A DNA stretch of 64,000 bases from Nitrospiraceae bacterium (GTDB taxonomy: Bacteria; Nitrospirota; Nitrospiria; Nitrospirales; Nitrospiraceae): the NCBI GenBank assembly GCA_050246315.1, contig JBFWWG010000006.1, forward strand, positions 1-64,000, in the 5' to 3' direction. Of the stretch, positions 28,746 to 37,778 are shown one piece after another; position 1 is the stretch's first letter, and each line of letters opens with the position of its first letter. The position numbers and the translations under genes are program-made. The notes below the pieces were generated by a model, which ran no database searches, was not told the DNA's origin, and saw nothing but the letters and a program-made list of their open reading frames with translations.

Positions 28746-29126
28746 ATGGAAGAGGCACTTGTGCAGGCTCGGTCCGATGATTTTATCGCTTCCGAAACTC
28801 CCGTACCTGAAACGGAGACCGCCGGCTCGCCGCCCGAATCAAGGCACTATCGGCGCGTCACGCTGAATTTGCCGATCGAGCTGCTGGATCAATTGAGAAA
28901 TACCGTCTATTGGACGCCAGGCGTCACCTTGACGGGATTGATCAAGACCGCCCTTTGCGAGTCCCTCGCACGGATGGAGCAACGGCATGGACGACCCTAC
29001 CCGCCGCGCATGGGTGAGCTCAAGAGCGGCCGACCTCGGAAGATAAGAGGCGATTCCCGCCTTCTGTCGTCCTTTCCCATTCCCGAGAGCCGAGGGGATT
29101 CGGTCGGCCATGGCCTTGAGGTCTAG
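28746..29126 (+). CDS. Putative ribbon-helix-helix (CopG-like) DNA-binding protein
   Basis: GGAGG RBS; RRVTLNLPIELLDQLRN...TLTGLIKTAL strand-helix-helix pattern. Confidence 0.55.
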   Translation: MEEALVQARSDDFIASETPVPETETAGSPPESRHYRRVTLNLPIELLDQLRNTVYWTPGVTLTGLIKTALCESLARMEQRHGRPYPPRMGELKSGRPRKIRGDSRLLSSFPIPESRGDSVGHGLEV

Positions 29127-29263
29127 CCGTTTGATCGGCAACTACCTCTGATCCCTTCCAGTCGACGTTCCTCTGCCGGGGCCGGAGCGAGCATCATCCG
29201 GTCCGACCGTTTCCATGGATCTGCCTCTCGCGTATCCATCTGTGACAAGGCGTACCCGGCAAC

Positions 29264-29410
29264 TGTATCCAGATGGATAAACGGCGTGATGCCTGCCTGA
29301 GTTCTCCGCTGGATGGAGGTTGGGCTCCCCCTTCCAACCCCTTGTTTTTAGGCCATCCTTTAGAAGACCTCTCATCTCGTCTGGTCGCGATTCGTAGCAC
29401 GGCTTTTGCC
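29264..29410 (+). promoter_or_regulatory. Activator-like box plus degenerate sigma54 promoter
   Basis: TGTATCCAGATGGATAAA 29264-29281; TAGCACGGCTTTTGCC 29395-29410 (AG in place of GG). Confidence 0.4.
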
Positions 29411-29814
29411 CTAGGAAAGCCCGCCAGCGATAGCAGGATAAGCCTGCTCAGACGCGCTGGAGTGATGCGCGCGAGGCCTTAGCCCACATTTTTCATGAAC
29501 GCTTCTACTGCAACCGCCGAGACGCCGCTGGGACAAGCTTGGCTGCCGGATTCCAATAGCCAAGCGGGCGGGCTCGCCCCTCGTGACCTCAACAGTCTGA
29601 GGCAAGTCTGCCTCGGCCTCTCGAGGCTCCGCGTGGGGGCACCCATTGCGACGAGGTATCCCTTGCTCTTTTGTGCAAGGGGTCGAAGCAATGGGTCCAA
29701 CGCGTGGCGTCTCCGCGGTTTCGTCACGAACCGTCATGAGTAATGTGGGTTAGAGATCCACGAGATTCCGGGCCGCTGACGTAGGGCGGACGCATCCTGT
29801 ACCACCTCCGCTTG

Positions 29815-31854
29815 ATGATGGCTCGACACGGATCTCGACAGTTCAGCGGCCACCGCGTGACAGCCTCGCTGAGGTGGATGGCCGCCGTGATCGCAGGAGT
29901 GGTCTCGATGGGCACTACCGCATCGGGGTCGGCAGGGGACGACCTGGCGCTCGTCAACGAGGAGATGGCGCTCCTCAAAGATGATCGCGTGATCACGCCC
30001 TTGCGGCGTATTGCCTCGATCGCCGAATCGCCGTCCAACGTCTATGTGCTGACCGATGAAGACATTCGCCATTCCGGCGCGACCGACATCCCGACCTTAC
30101 TGCGCCGCATCCCCGGTCTCGACGTTATGCAGACCACCGGCGCCGATTTCAACGTGAGTGTCCGGGGCGATAATCAGGTGCTGGCCAATAAGCTCCTCGT
30201 GCTGATCGACGGGCGATCGGTCTACGTGGACGTGCAAGGCACGATGTTCTGGAGATCCTTCCCGATCACGCTCCCCGAGATCAAACGTATCGAAGTGGTC
30301 AAGGGGCCGATCGAAGCCCTCTACGGATTCAACGCGTTCGACGGCGTCATCCACATCATCACCAAATCGCCGGAAGAGATGCGTGGCACCACGGTGCAGG
30401 TCGGCGCAGGCGAACTGGGCACCGTGATCAGTTCCGCCGTGCACGCAGGCACGACGGGGAAGTTCGGCTATCGCCTCTCGGCCGGCGAAGATCAAAACCA
30501 GCAATGGCGCAATCGGGACGGCCTAGCCGTGCGCACCTATCGCTTCAACGTGCATACGACCTACGACCTGTCCTCTTCCGCCCGACTGCTCGTCTCCGGC
30601 GGGATGGCCGACTCGAATCGCTTCGACGGGCCGCTCGCCGGCCAGGGCGCCAATATTCTTCAGACCGGCGTCTCGCTCCCCTACTCCCAGATCGCCTATG
30701 AGCAGGGGACCTTCACGGTCCGCGCCTTTTGGAGCGGCTTCTTCACGGACAGCCTGGCCGTATCCCATCCGTCCTTGGATGGATTGACGCAAGTGCTGAC
30801 CCGCGACGGGTCCAACCTGCTGGCGTTTACCGGGAACACCTATAACCTCGAGGCTCAACATTCCGTTCGCCTCTGGGACGCTCACGAGATGACCTACGGG
30901 ATCAACTATCGCTACAACTCCCTCTCGTGCAGTTGCACGGCGGCCTTCGGCCGAGAGAACCGTCTCGGTCTGTTCGTCCAAGACGAATGGCGGCTCGCGC
31001 CGGCCTTCATCGCCGTCGCCGGCCTCCGCTACGACTTGCACACGGAAATTCATCAGACCTGGAGCCCGCGGTTGGCGCTGATCTACACGCTCGCACCGGG
31101 ACAGACCCTGCGCGCGAACGTGTCGGTCGCCTATCGGCCGCCCACGCTATTCGAGACTCAGGAAGACCTCCGGCGCATTTTCGCCGGCTCAACCGGACTG
31201 CCCACCGTCACTCTGATGGGAACCAGCGGGCTCAATCCCGAACAGATCGTATCCTATGAAGTCGGCTACCAGGGTCGCTGGCGCCGGCTCACTCTCCAGA
31301 CCAGCCTCTTCTTCAACCACATCAGCGACCTGATCGCTACGACGCCGCTCTCTCCCACGCTCCAACAGAATTCCAACGGGGGAGAGGCCGACATCTACGG
31401 CGTGGAGGCCGGCGCCGACCTGCTCGCCGCAAGCTGGCTGAGCGCCTTTGCGAATGTCACCTACCAGGAAATCGGCCAGACGAATAGTCCGCCCTTTCAA
31501 CGCGGCGCCCCACGGCTCAAGTTCAATGCGGGGATGCGGGGCGACTGGGAAAACGGTTGGAGCGGTGAACTCGCCTGGCACTATGTCGGAGCGGCGACCT
31601 ATCCGATCGGGTCCACCTTTCCGTTGTTGGTCCCGTTCGGCGGCCCGGTCATCGATCCCAGGGTCGGCTCCTATAGCCTCTTGAATCTCAGGGCCGGGTA
31701 CCGGTTTTGGCAGCAGCGCGCGGCGGCCGGCTATCGCCGGGAGGCGGAAGCGGCGATCTCCGTGTTCAACGCGCTGAACGACAAGCACCAGGAACATCCG
31801 CTCGGCGATACGATCGGCAGCCGCGTGATGGGGTGGGTGACGGTGAGGTTTTGA
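29815..31854 (+). CDS. TonB-dependent receptor (paralog 3)
   Basis: Same plug and C-terminal motifs as paralogs 1 and 2; alternative start 29878. Confidence 0.92.
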   Translation: MMARHGSRQFSGHRVTASLRWMAAVIAGVVSMGTTASGSAGDDLALVNEEMALLKDDRVITPLRRIASIAESPSNVYVLTDEDIRHSGATDIPTLLRRIPGLDVMQTTGADFNVSVRGDNQVLANKLLVLIDGRSVYVDVQGTMFWRSFPITLPEIKRIEVVKGPIEALYGFNAFDGVIHIITKSPEEMRGTTVQVGAGELGTVISSAVHAGTTGKFGYRLSAGEDQNQQWRNRDGLAVRTYRFNVHTTYDLSSSARLLVSGGMADSNRFDGPLAGQGANILQTGVSLPYSQIAYEQGTFTVRAFWSGFFTDSLAVSHPSLDGLTQVLTRDGSNLLAFTGNTYNLEAQHSVRLWDAHEMTYGINYRYNSLSCSCTAAFGRENRLGLFVQDEWRLAPAFIAVAGLRYDLHTEIHQTWSPRLALIYTLAPGQTLRANVSVAYRPPTLFETQEDLRRIFAGSTGLPTVTLMGTSGLNPEQIVSYEVGYQGRWRRLTLQTSLFFNHISDLIATTPLSPTLQQNSNGGEADIYGVEAGADLLAASWLSAFANVTYQEIGQTNSPPFQRGAPRLKFNAGMRGDWENGWSGELAWHYVGAATYPIGSTFPLLVPFGGPVIDPRVGSYSLLNLRAGYRFWQQRAAAGYRREAEAAISVFNALNDKHQEHPLGDTIGSRVMGWVTVRF

Positions 31855-31947
31855 GTGCTGAGTGCGAAATGAGAGAACTCTCTGAAAAGAGCCCCCTCAA
31901 CCTTTCCCTCTCTCCCGAGGGGAAAAGGCCGGGTACCCCTCGACCCA
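31816..31947 (+). repeat. Direct repeat copy A (TBDR 3' end + REP-like element)
   Basis: 31816-31904 identical to 32618-32706, and near-identical for about 40 bp more. Confidence 0.9.
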
Positions 31948-32003
31948 ACCGGGAGAGGGAGGGGGTGAGGGGGAAGGACTCAACGGCCATGAACTGCGTC
32001 TCA

Positions 32004-32282
32004 TCACTTGAACAGATCGTAGTCGTAGATCGGATGATGGTGCCCGATATATCGGAGTTCCGCCTGGCTCGGGCCAACAAACTTGAAGATCACCCGATAG
32101 GCTCGATCCACTCGAAAGCTCCACACTTCGTGATGCTTGGGGTGCAGCTTTTCCGTGTGCAGGGATGGGTGAAACGGGTTGCGTTTGAACAAATCCGTTT
32201 TGGAGGCGGCTTTTCGCTGAATGGATGTCGGCAGGTTGTCAAACAGGCGATCAAACGTCGCGGTCGTCGCAATTTCGATCAT
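32004..32282 (-). CDS. RelE/ParE-superfamily toxin
   Basis: 92 aa; NPFHPSLHTEKL, WSFRVDRAYRVIF, IGHH. Confidence 0.8.
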   Translation of the reverse strand: MIEIATTATFDRLFDNLPTSIQRKAASKTDLFKRNPFHPSLHTEKLHPKHHEVWSFRVDRAYRVIFKFVGPSQAELRYIGHHHPIYDYDLFK

Positions 32283-32288
32283 GCCCGC

Positions 32289-32492
32289 CTATTTGATCAG
32301 TTCGCGCAGGGTCTTCCGTTTCGTGACTCGACCGGCCCGATGATCCCGCTCCGAGGCGTCCAGGGCGTCGAGGAATTCCGGTCGGTACAATCCGATCGAA
32401 TCACAGAAGGCTTCGAAGTTGTCCTTCGTGATCTCAATGTTGAGGCGCTTTCGCGTTCGCTTGGTAATCCTGGCTGGAAGCACGACTGCCAT
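32289..32492 (-). CDS. Putative antitoxin
   Basis: 67 aa directly upstream of the toxin; C-terminus SERDHRAGRV typical of RelE partners. Confidence 0.65.
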   Translation of the reverse strand: MAVVLPARITKRTRKRLNIEITKDNFEAFCDSIGLYRPEFLDALDASERDHRAGRVTKRKTLRELIK

Positions 32493-32617
32493 GGGGTAAG
32501 CCCTCTCAGTAGCGGTGTATCAAGTACACAGTCGCGTAGAGAAAGTCAAATGACTCTCAGCAATGCCGAGAGCGGAATACTGAACGATGAGTTGAATGGC
32601 ATCGGACATCCGATGCT

Positions 32618-32749
32618 GGCAGCCGCGTGATGGGGTGGGTGACGGTGAGGTTTTGAGTGCTGAGTGCGAAATGAGAGAACTCTCTGAAAAGAGCCCCCTC
32701 AACCTTCCCTTCTCTCCCGAGGGAAAAAGGCCGGGTAGCCCTCGCCCCA
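32618..32749 (+). repeat. Direct repeat copy B (orphan TBDR 3' end + REP-like element)
   Basis: Copy of 31816-31947 at offset 802 bp. Confidence 0.9.
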
Positions 32750-32846
32750 GCGGGGGGAGGAATCGGGGGGTTGTCCAGATCGCCAGACCAAAGACTCATG
32801 AGACATCTGAAACGACGCGGTTGAGTGTCACAGCCCAATAGAGAGG

Positions 32847-33269
32847 TTAGTCCCAGCAGATCAGATGGAAAGACAGATGACGGTGGATCGCTTGGAAATC
32901 GGTTTTGTTACAGGTGATTACGGCCGCTCCGATACTGCGAGCGGTAAGCGCGATCAACACATCCATGGCCAAATCCCGCATCTTGGAACGGTCATAATGC
33001 TCACGCTTCCTGATCACACTCAGGGTCGCTGCAGCCTGAATCCAATGAGCCTCCGTGGAGGTGAGGACTTGGCATCGATTCATCAAGTCCATGACGAACC
33101 GCCGCTCAATCTTCGATTGCGCTCCGCGAAGGAGTTCATGAAGCACGACCGCCGGGCAGCGGACGACGAACGGAGACTGGAGGATTCGAAATGCGAAACG
33201 GCCGGTTCGGAAGTTCTCAATGTAAACCGAGGTGTCGAGAATGGCGAACTTAGGAGTGCTTGAAGGCAT
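32847..33269 (-). CDS. vapC: PIN-domain VapC toxin
   Basis: ILDTSVYI, ELLRGA, DVLIALTA, TCNKTDF acidic PIN motifs. Confidence 0.88.
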   Translation of the reverse strand: MPSSTPKFAILDTSVYIENFRTGRFAFRILQSPFVVRCPAVVLHELLRGAQSKIERRFVMDLMNRCQVLTSTEAHWIQAAATLSVIRKREHYDRSKMRDLAMDVLIALTARSIGAAVITCNKTDFQAIHRHLSFHLICWD

Positions 33270-33441
33270 CCGGCTTCCCGACGCCGCTGTACCGTTGGAT
33301 CACCCAATCATGCGCAGCCTTTTCGGTGACCAGGTCCAAGGCTCTTTGAAGGGTCTCGCTCGTCGTCCTGGTGCCGAGAGCCTTCTTGGCTCGCTTCAAC
33401 TGGGATGGATTCAGCCTGGCAGACACTTGAACAAGGGCCAT
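33250..33441 (-). CDS. VapB-like antitoxin
   Basis: 63 aa RHH-like protein overlapping the vapC start; AGGAGG RBS. Confidence 0.75.
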   Translation of the reverse strand: MALVQVSARLNPSQLKRAKKALGTRTTSETLQRALDLVTEKAAHDWVIQRYSGVGKPDAFKHS

Positions 33442-33503
33442 GTGTCACCTCCTGTCGGACAGAATACAGACGTTGTCGGACAGCGGTCAAGCGCTTGGAG
33501 GCA

Positions 33504-33590
33504 AGCCCTCTCAACCTTCCCTTCTCCCCTCGGAGGAGAAGGCCGGAGAGACCTCGCCCCGTTGAGGAGGGGGATAGGATGAGGAGAAGG
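33504..33590. repeat. REP-like element, third copy (diverged)
   Basis: AGCCCTCTCAACCTTCCCTTCTCCCC...AAGGCCGG...CCTCGCCCC, similar to 31891-31974 and 32693-32771. Confidence 0.65.
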
Positions 33591-33720
33591 GATAATGTTG
33601 CCGGCATCGCCAGTAGGATGGTCAGAAAGACCGTCCGTTTCACCCGCGCAACCCCGGAGCGCCAAGACGCGCCTCTCCCCGGGGCGGACTCTTTCAACAT
33701 CTTGCTAGCGGAGGTTGCCC

Positions 33721-35304
33721 GTGATCGTTGACGACCCGGTTCCACCCCGTCCGGTGATTCTGATCGTGGACGACGATCCGGATATCGCCGCCACCTTGAG
33801 CGACTTCCTGGAGCACGACGGCTATCAGGTTCACTCGGCGAGGACAGGAGGCGAGGCCATCCTGCGCGTGGGCGAGCGGTCGTTTGCGGCGGTGTTACTG
33901 GATCTGGGGCTGCCCGATTGCGATGGGTCCGAGGTGCTCGCTGCCATCCTGTCGATGGTGCCGACGCTGCCGGTCATCGTCCTGACCGCCTATTCCACGC
34001 TTGAGCGGAAGGTGGCCAGCCTGGGACATGGAGCCTTCGCGTTCTTGGCCAAACCGTACAATCGCGAGGAATTGCGGTCGCTGTTGCGCCGGGCGGTCGG
34101 GTTCCGGACTCCGCCACGTGGAAGAAGCGCGAACGAGCCGGCCGGGATCGGCGAGGAAGAACGATTCCGATCGATCGTGCAACAGGCTACCGATGCCATC
34201 ATTCTGGCCGATGCGCGAGGGATCATCCTGTCGTGCAACCCGGCGGCCCAGCGGTTGTTCGGCCGCACGGAACCTCAGATGGTGGGGCACCCCCTCACCA
34301 TGCTGATGCCGGCCCGCTACCGTGAACCGCATCAACGGGGCCTGGAGCGCTTCGCCTCCAGCGGCGAAGCCCGTATCCTCGGCAAAACGGTGGAAATGCA
34401 CGCGCTCAGGCAGGAGGACGATGAATTCCCGATCGAGCTCACCTTGACGACCTGGACCAGCCAACAGGGCACGTTCTTCTGCGGAATCATTCGCGACATC
34501 ACCCTTCGCAAGCAGGCCGAAGAGGCTCTCCAACTCAGCGAGCAACGCTACCGGGTCCTGTATGACGACAACCCGTCCATGTACTTCACGATCGATCCCG
34601 AGGGCATGGTGCAGTCGGTCAATCGGTTCGGCGCGGATCAACTCGGGTATGCCGTATCCGAGCTGATCGGCCGGCCGATTTTCACAGTCGTGCACGAAGA
34701 AGACCGCGCGTCGATCCGGCGCCACCTCGCCTCCTGTCTGGCCTTGGACGGGCACGTACTGACCTGGGAATTCCGCAAGGTCCGGAAGGACGGCACGGTG
34801 ATGTGGGTAAAGGAACGAGCCCGCCTCATCCGCGACCATACGGACCGGCCGCTCATCATGATCGTGTGCGAAGACATCAGTGAACGGAAGCAGGCCCAGG
34901 ACGCACTGCACCATCGCGAACAGGGCCTGCACCTGCTGCTCGACAAGGTGCCGGGGATCCTCTGGACCACCGACAGGGACCTGCGCTTCACCTCGTCGCT
35001 AGGCGCCGGCCTGGCGCTGCTCCATCACCGTCCTCACGAGGTGATCGGGATGACGCTGTACGACTACTTCGACAGCAGGGACGACAGCTTCCCGGCCATC
35101 GCTGTCCATCGGCGCGCCCTCGCGGGGGAATCCATCACCTATGAGCAGGACTGGATGGGACTCACGTTCCATACACATGTGGAGCCCCTCCGAAACGACG
35201 CCGGGCAGATTATCGGCACGATCGGCCTCGCGATCGAGCGCACGCCCTATCAACGGGAACAGTCTCCCGAGCCGACGCACCCAGAGCGCCTGGAATCGAC
35301 CTGA
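33721..35304 (+). CDS. Response regulator receiver + 3 PAS domains, no output domain (copy 1)
   Basis: ILIVDDD, LLDLGLPD, LAKP; PAS/PAC motifs (IIRDITLRK, EDISERK); GTG start after GGAGG. Confidence 0.85.
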   Translation: MIVDDPVPPRPVILIVDDDPDIAATLSDFLEHDGYQVHSARTGGEAILRVGERSFAAVLLDLGLPDCDGSEVLAAILSMVPTLPVIVLTAYSTLERKVASLGHGAFAFLAKPYNREELRSLLRRAVGFRTPPRGRSANEPAGIGEEERFRSIVQQATDAIILADARGIILSCNPAAQRLFGRTEPQMVGHPLTMLMPARYREPHQRGLERFASSGEARILGKTVEMHALRQEDDEFPIELTLTTWTSQQGTFFCGIIRDITLRKQAEEALQLSEQRYRVLYDDNPSMYFTIDPEGMVQSVNRFGADQLGYAVSELIGRPIFTVVHEEDRASIRRHLASCLALDGHVLTWEFRKVRKDGTVMWVKERARLIRDHTDRPLIMIVCEDISERKQAQDALHHREQGLHLLLDKVPGILWTTDRDLRFTSSLGAGLALLHHRPHEVIGMTLYDYFDSRDDSFPAIAVHRRALAGESITYEQDWMGLTFHTHVEPLRNDAGQIIGTIGLAIERTPYQREQSPEPTHPERLEST

Positions 35305-35334
35305 GCGAGACTGAATCGGTAGGATTGGTGCCCT

Positions 35335-37314
35335 ATGTTCGTCACCTGGCTACTGGTGATGGGCCTCGTCGGTGCTCTCGTGATGTATCAGCCGGCCGGC
35401 GCAGACGAGTCGCAGGAGACCAAGGACCTGTTCGCGTTCATCGGAGAAGAGCAGAACCCGGAGTTGTTTCGGATGGGCGAATTGGTGCGGTCGACCGAGC
35501 AGCCGTTGGGGCCGACTTCGCAGGTCTTCGAAGTGACGGCCCAGGATATTCTCGACCAGAACGCCCGGAGCGTGGCCGACGCGTTGCGCTTCGTCCCAGG
35601 GCTCTACCTGGCGGTCGGAGGCGGCAAGAATCCCTCCTCCGCCGTCATCCGCGGCCTGACCGCGCGACAGACCATCGTGTTTATCGATGGCCGCCCGGTC
35701 TACGATGCGTACTTCGGGGACGTCGATTTGAACAATCTCCCGATCGACAATGTCGATAAGATCAAGGTCGTGAAGGGCCCGGTCGATCCCGGCTACGGTC
35801 CCAACGCCATCGGCAGCGTCATCAACATCGTGACCAAGCGCGGCACTGACGTGCCCACGACCAAGCTGACGGCCTCCTATGAGAGTCACAACACGCAGGA
35901 CTACTGGTTGCAGCACGGGGGCAGCAAGGGCGGCTTCAATTATTTTCTCGCCGGGAGCTATCGACTGAGCAACGGCTTTCCACTCTCCTCGGATTTTCAA
36001 CCCACGCCGGTGCAGCCGAACGACTTTCGGGAAAACTCGGCCTATGAAAAGGGGAACATTTCGCTGAACCTCGGATACGATTTTTCCAAGAACAGCCGTA
36101 TCGCCCTCCTCGCCGGCTATTACAGCGCGGACCTCGAAAACCCGGTGAACATCAACCTGCAAAGCGGCGGGCGCTTGGGCGGCGGGCTCAACTTCACGAA
36201 TTTCCCGACCTGGAAACGGCAATATCTGGATCTCTACGGGACGACGCGGTTGTTCGACCGGTTGGAATTGAGGGGCAACGTCTACTACGACCGCTTCAGC
36301 AACGACCTGGCGTTCTACACCAACCAATCGTTCTCCCAATCCACCGACATCAGCCGGGACAAGAACGACGTCTACGGCACGAACCTGCAGGCAGCCTATG
36401 ACCTGACCAAGCGGTTCCGGCTCAAGGCGGGCACGTTCTTGAAGCAGGACCGGCATCAACGGGAAGGCGTGAACCCGGCCGTTGCGGAAGAGCAGGACTC
36501 GTTTACGACGGACCTCTTCACCGAGGTTGAGTACGCTCCCGTCACGAACCTGCTTGTCACCGCCGGCCTCAACTACGACCTGTTGTACGTTCAGGGGCGC
36601 ACGATCGATGCGATCAGCCCCCGAGGGTCTGTCGTCTACCAGCCGTTCACCAGCACAAGACTACATGCCGTCATCGGCGACAAGAGCCGTCTGCCTCGGC
36701 TCCTGAACGTCTTCAGCGGTATCGGCAACTTGGAGCTCCAGCCCGAACGGAACTTTGCCGTCGAGGCGGGAGCCGACCAGTACTTCTGGGGCGACCGGGT
36801 GCAACTCAGCGCGACGTGGTTCCGTAACGACCTCCGCGACGTGATCGGCTTCGTCCGGCTTCCCGGGAATCTCACCCAGGACCAGAACCTCACCTCGCTG
36901 CTCACCCAGGGGATTGAGACCGGCATCACCGCCAGGCTCTTCAAGGGTCTGTCGTTGTCGGCGGACTATACCTACACCAACATCGATTTCGAGAGCCGCG
37001 GCCAGGCGCCGGCCAACACCTATTTCCATCAGGTCAACTCCCGGCTGACCTATCAGGCTCCGTTCGGCCTCAGCGGATTTCTGCAACTGTCGTATATCGA
37101 CGGCTCGCCGTTCACCGCTGCGGACTTTTCAGCAGGCCGCCAGCCGGCCTATACCAATTTTGTCCTGTTGAACGGGAAGCTCATGTACGAAGTCCGAAAG
37201 GGTATCAAGCCCTTTCTGGCATTCGAGAACCTGTTGGATTCCAACTACGCGCGGGACCCCGGCTTTCCTCAGCCGGGACGGCGCGTGTTCATCGGTCTGC
37301 ATGCGAGCTTCTGA
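35335..37314 (+). CDS. TonB-dependent receptor (distinct subfamily)
   Basis: IRGL, FIDGRP, IKVVKGP, VINIVTK, LQPER, ENLLD...PGRRVFIGLHASF. Confidence 0.92.
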   Translation: MFVTWLLVMGLVGALVMYQPAGADESQETKDLFAFIGEEQNPELFRMGELVRSTEQPLGPTSQVFEVTAQDILDQNARSVADALRFVPGLYLAVGGGKNPSSAVIRGLTARQTIVFIDGRPVYDAYFGDVDLNNLPIDNVDKIKVVKGPVDPGYGPNAIGSVINIVTKRGTDVPTTKLTASYESHNTQDYWLQHGGSKGGFNYFLAGSYRLSNGFPLSSDFQPTPVQPNDFRENSAYEKGNISLNLGYDFSKNSRIALLAGYYSADLENPVNINLQSGGRLGGGLNFTNFPTWKRQYLDLYGTTRLFDRLELRGNVYYDRFSNDLAFYTNQSFSQSTDISRDKNDVYGTNLQAAYDLTKRFRLKAGTFLKQDRHQREGVNPAVAEEQDSFTTDLFTEVEYAPVTNLLVTAGLNYDLLYVQGRTIDAISPRGSVVYQPFTSTRLHAVIGDKSRLPRLLNVFSGIGNLELQPERNFAVEAGADQYFWGDRVQLSATWFRNDLRDVIGFVRLPGNLTQDQNLTSLLTQGIETGITARLFKGLSLSADYTYTNIDFESRGQAPANTYFHQVNSRLTYQAPFGLSGFLQLSYIDGSPFTAADFSAGRQPAYTNFVLLNGKLMYEVRKGIKPFLAFENLLDSNYARDPGFPQPGRRVFIGLHASF

Positions 37315-37424
37315 AGTAGAGGAGAATTCCATGAGGCGTGGCGCCGGCGTCGGGAGAGTCGCGAAGTCGAAACAGAGCCCACCGGTTCTCGCAAAGCCTG
37401 GTATGGGAAGAAGGAGAAGAATCC

Positions 37425-37563
37425 CTAGCAGGCTACGGAAAAACTCGATTTGTGTGCTTCGACAGGCTCAGCACGATCGAAAGATATCAGTATATGCAAT
37501 GAATGCTCCGTTCGTCCTGAGGCCCTCGAAGGATGAACGGAGGGTCTTTCCGCATCCTGTTAG
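37425..37563. mobile_element. MITE-like non-autonomous element (~139 bp) with internal REP-type palindrome
   Basis: Ends CTAGCAGGCTACGGAAAAACTC / GGGTCTTTCCGCATCCTGTTAG are imperfect inverted repeats (17/22); internal CTTCGACAGGCTCAGCACGA...TCGTCCTGAGGCCCTCGAAG. Confidence 0.6.
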
Positions 37564-37600
37564 AGGTGTTTCTCGACAGGCGTTCGTTTCGATAATCCGA

Positions 37601-37767
37601 TGAATAGCCGCCGGTTTAACCAAAGGTTGGACTGAAAAAGTAGAAACACCAGTGGGGTTCTCCGCGGGCGTCATGTGCACAGAACCCCTGAATAGCCCGC
37701 GGTTCAAGCGTAGCTTGGTATAGAGGGGCTTCGCCCGATGAGCCGCCGGTTCAACCAAAGGTTGGTA
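37601..37767 (+). repeat. Three imperfect ~30-bp direct repeats upstream of REC-PAS copy 2
   Basis: AGCCGCCGGTT(T/C)AACCAAAGGTTGG at 37606 and 37741; degenerate copy at ~37689. Confidence 0.7.
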
Positions 37768-37778
37768 TGGAGGAAGCC

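Noticed and set aside
31707..32630. 307-aa + strand ORF across the TA region
   Set aside because: Antisense to the RelE/antitoxin pair and runs through repeats; no motifs
31816..33590. Classical integron or prophage att sites
   Set aside because: No integrase; repeats lack recognisable attC RYYYAAC/GTTRRRY ends; no phage genes
37601..37767. Possible mini CRISPR array
   Set aside because: Only 2-3 degenerate copies, irregular spacing, no cas genes
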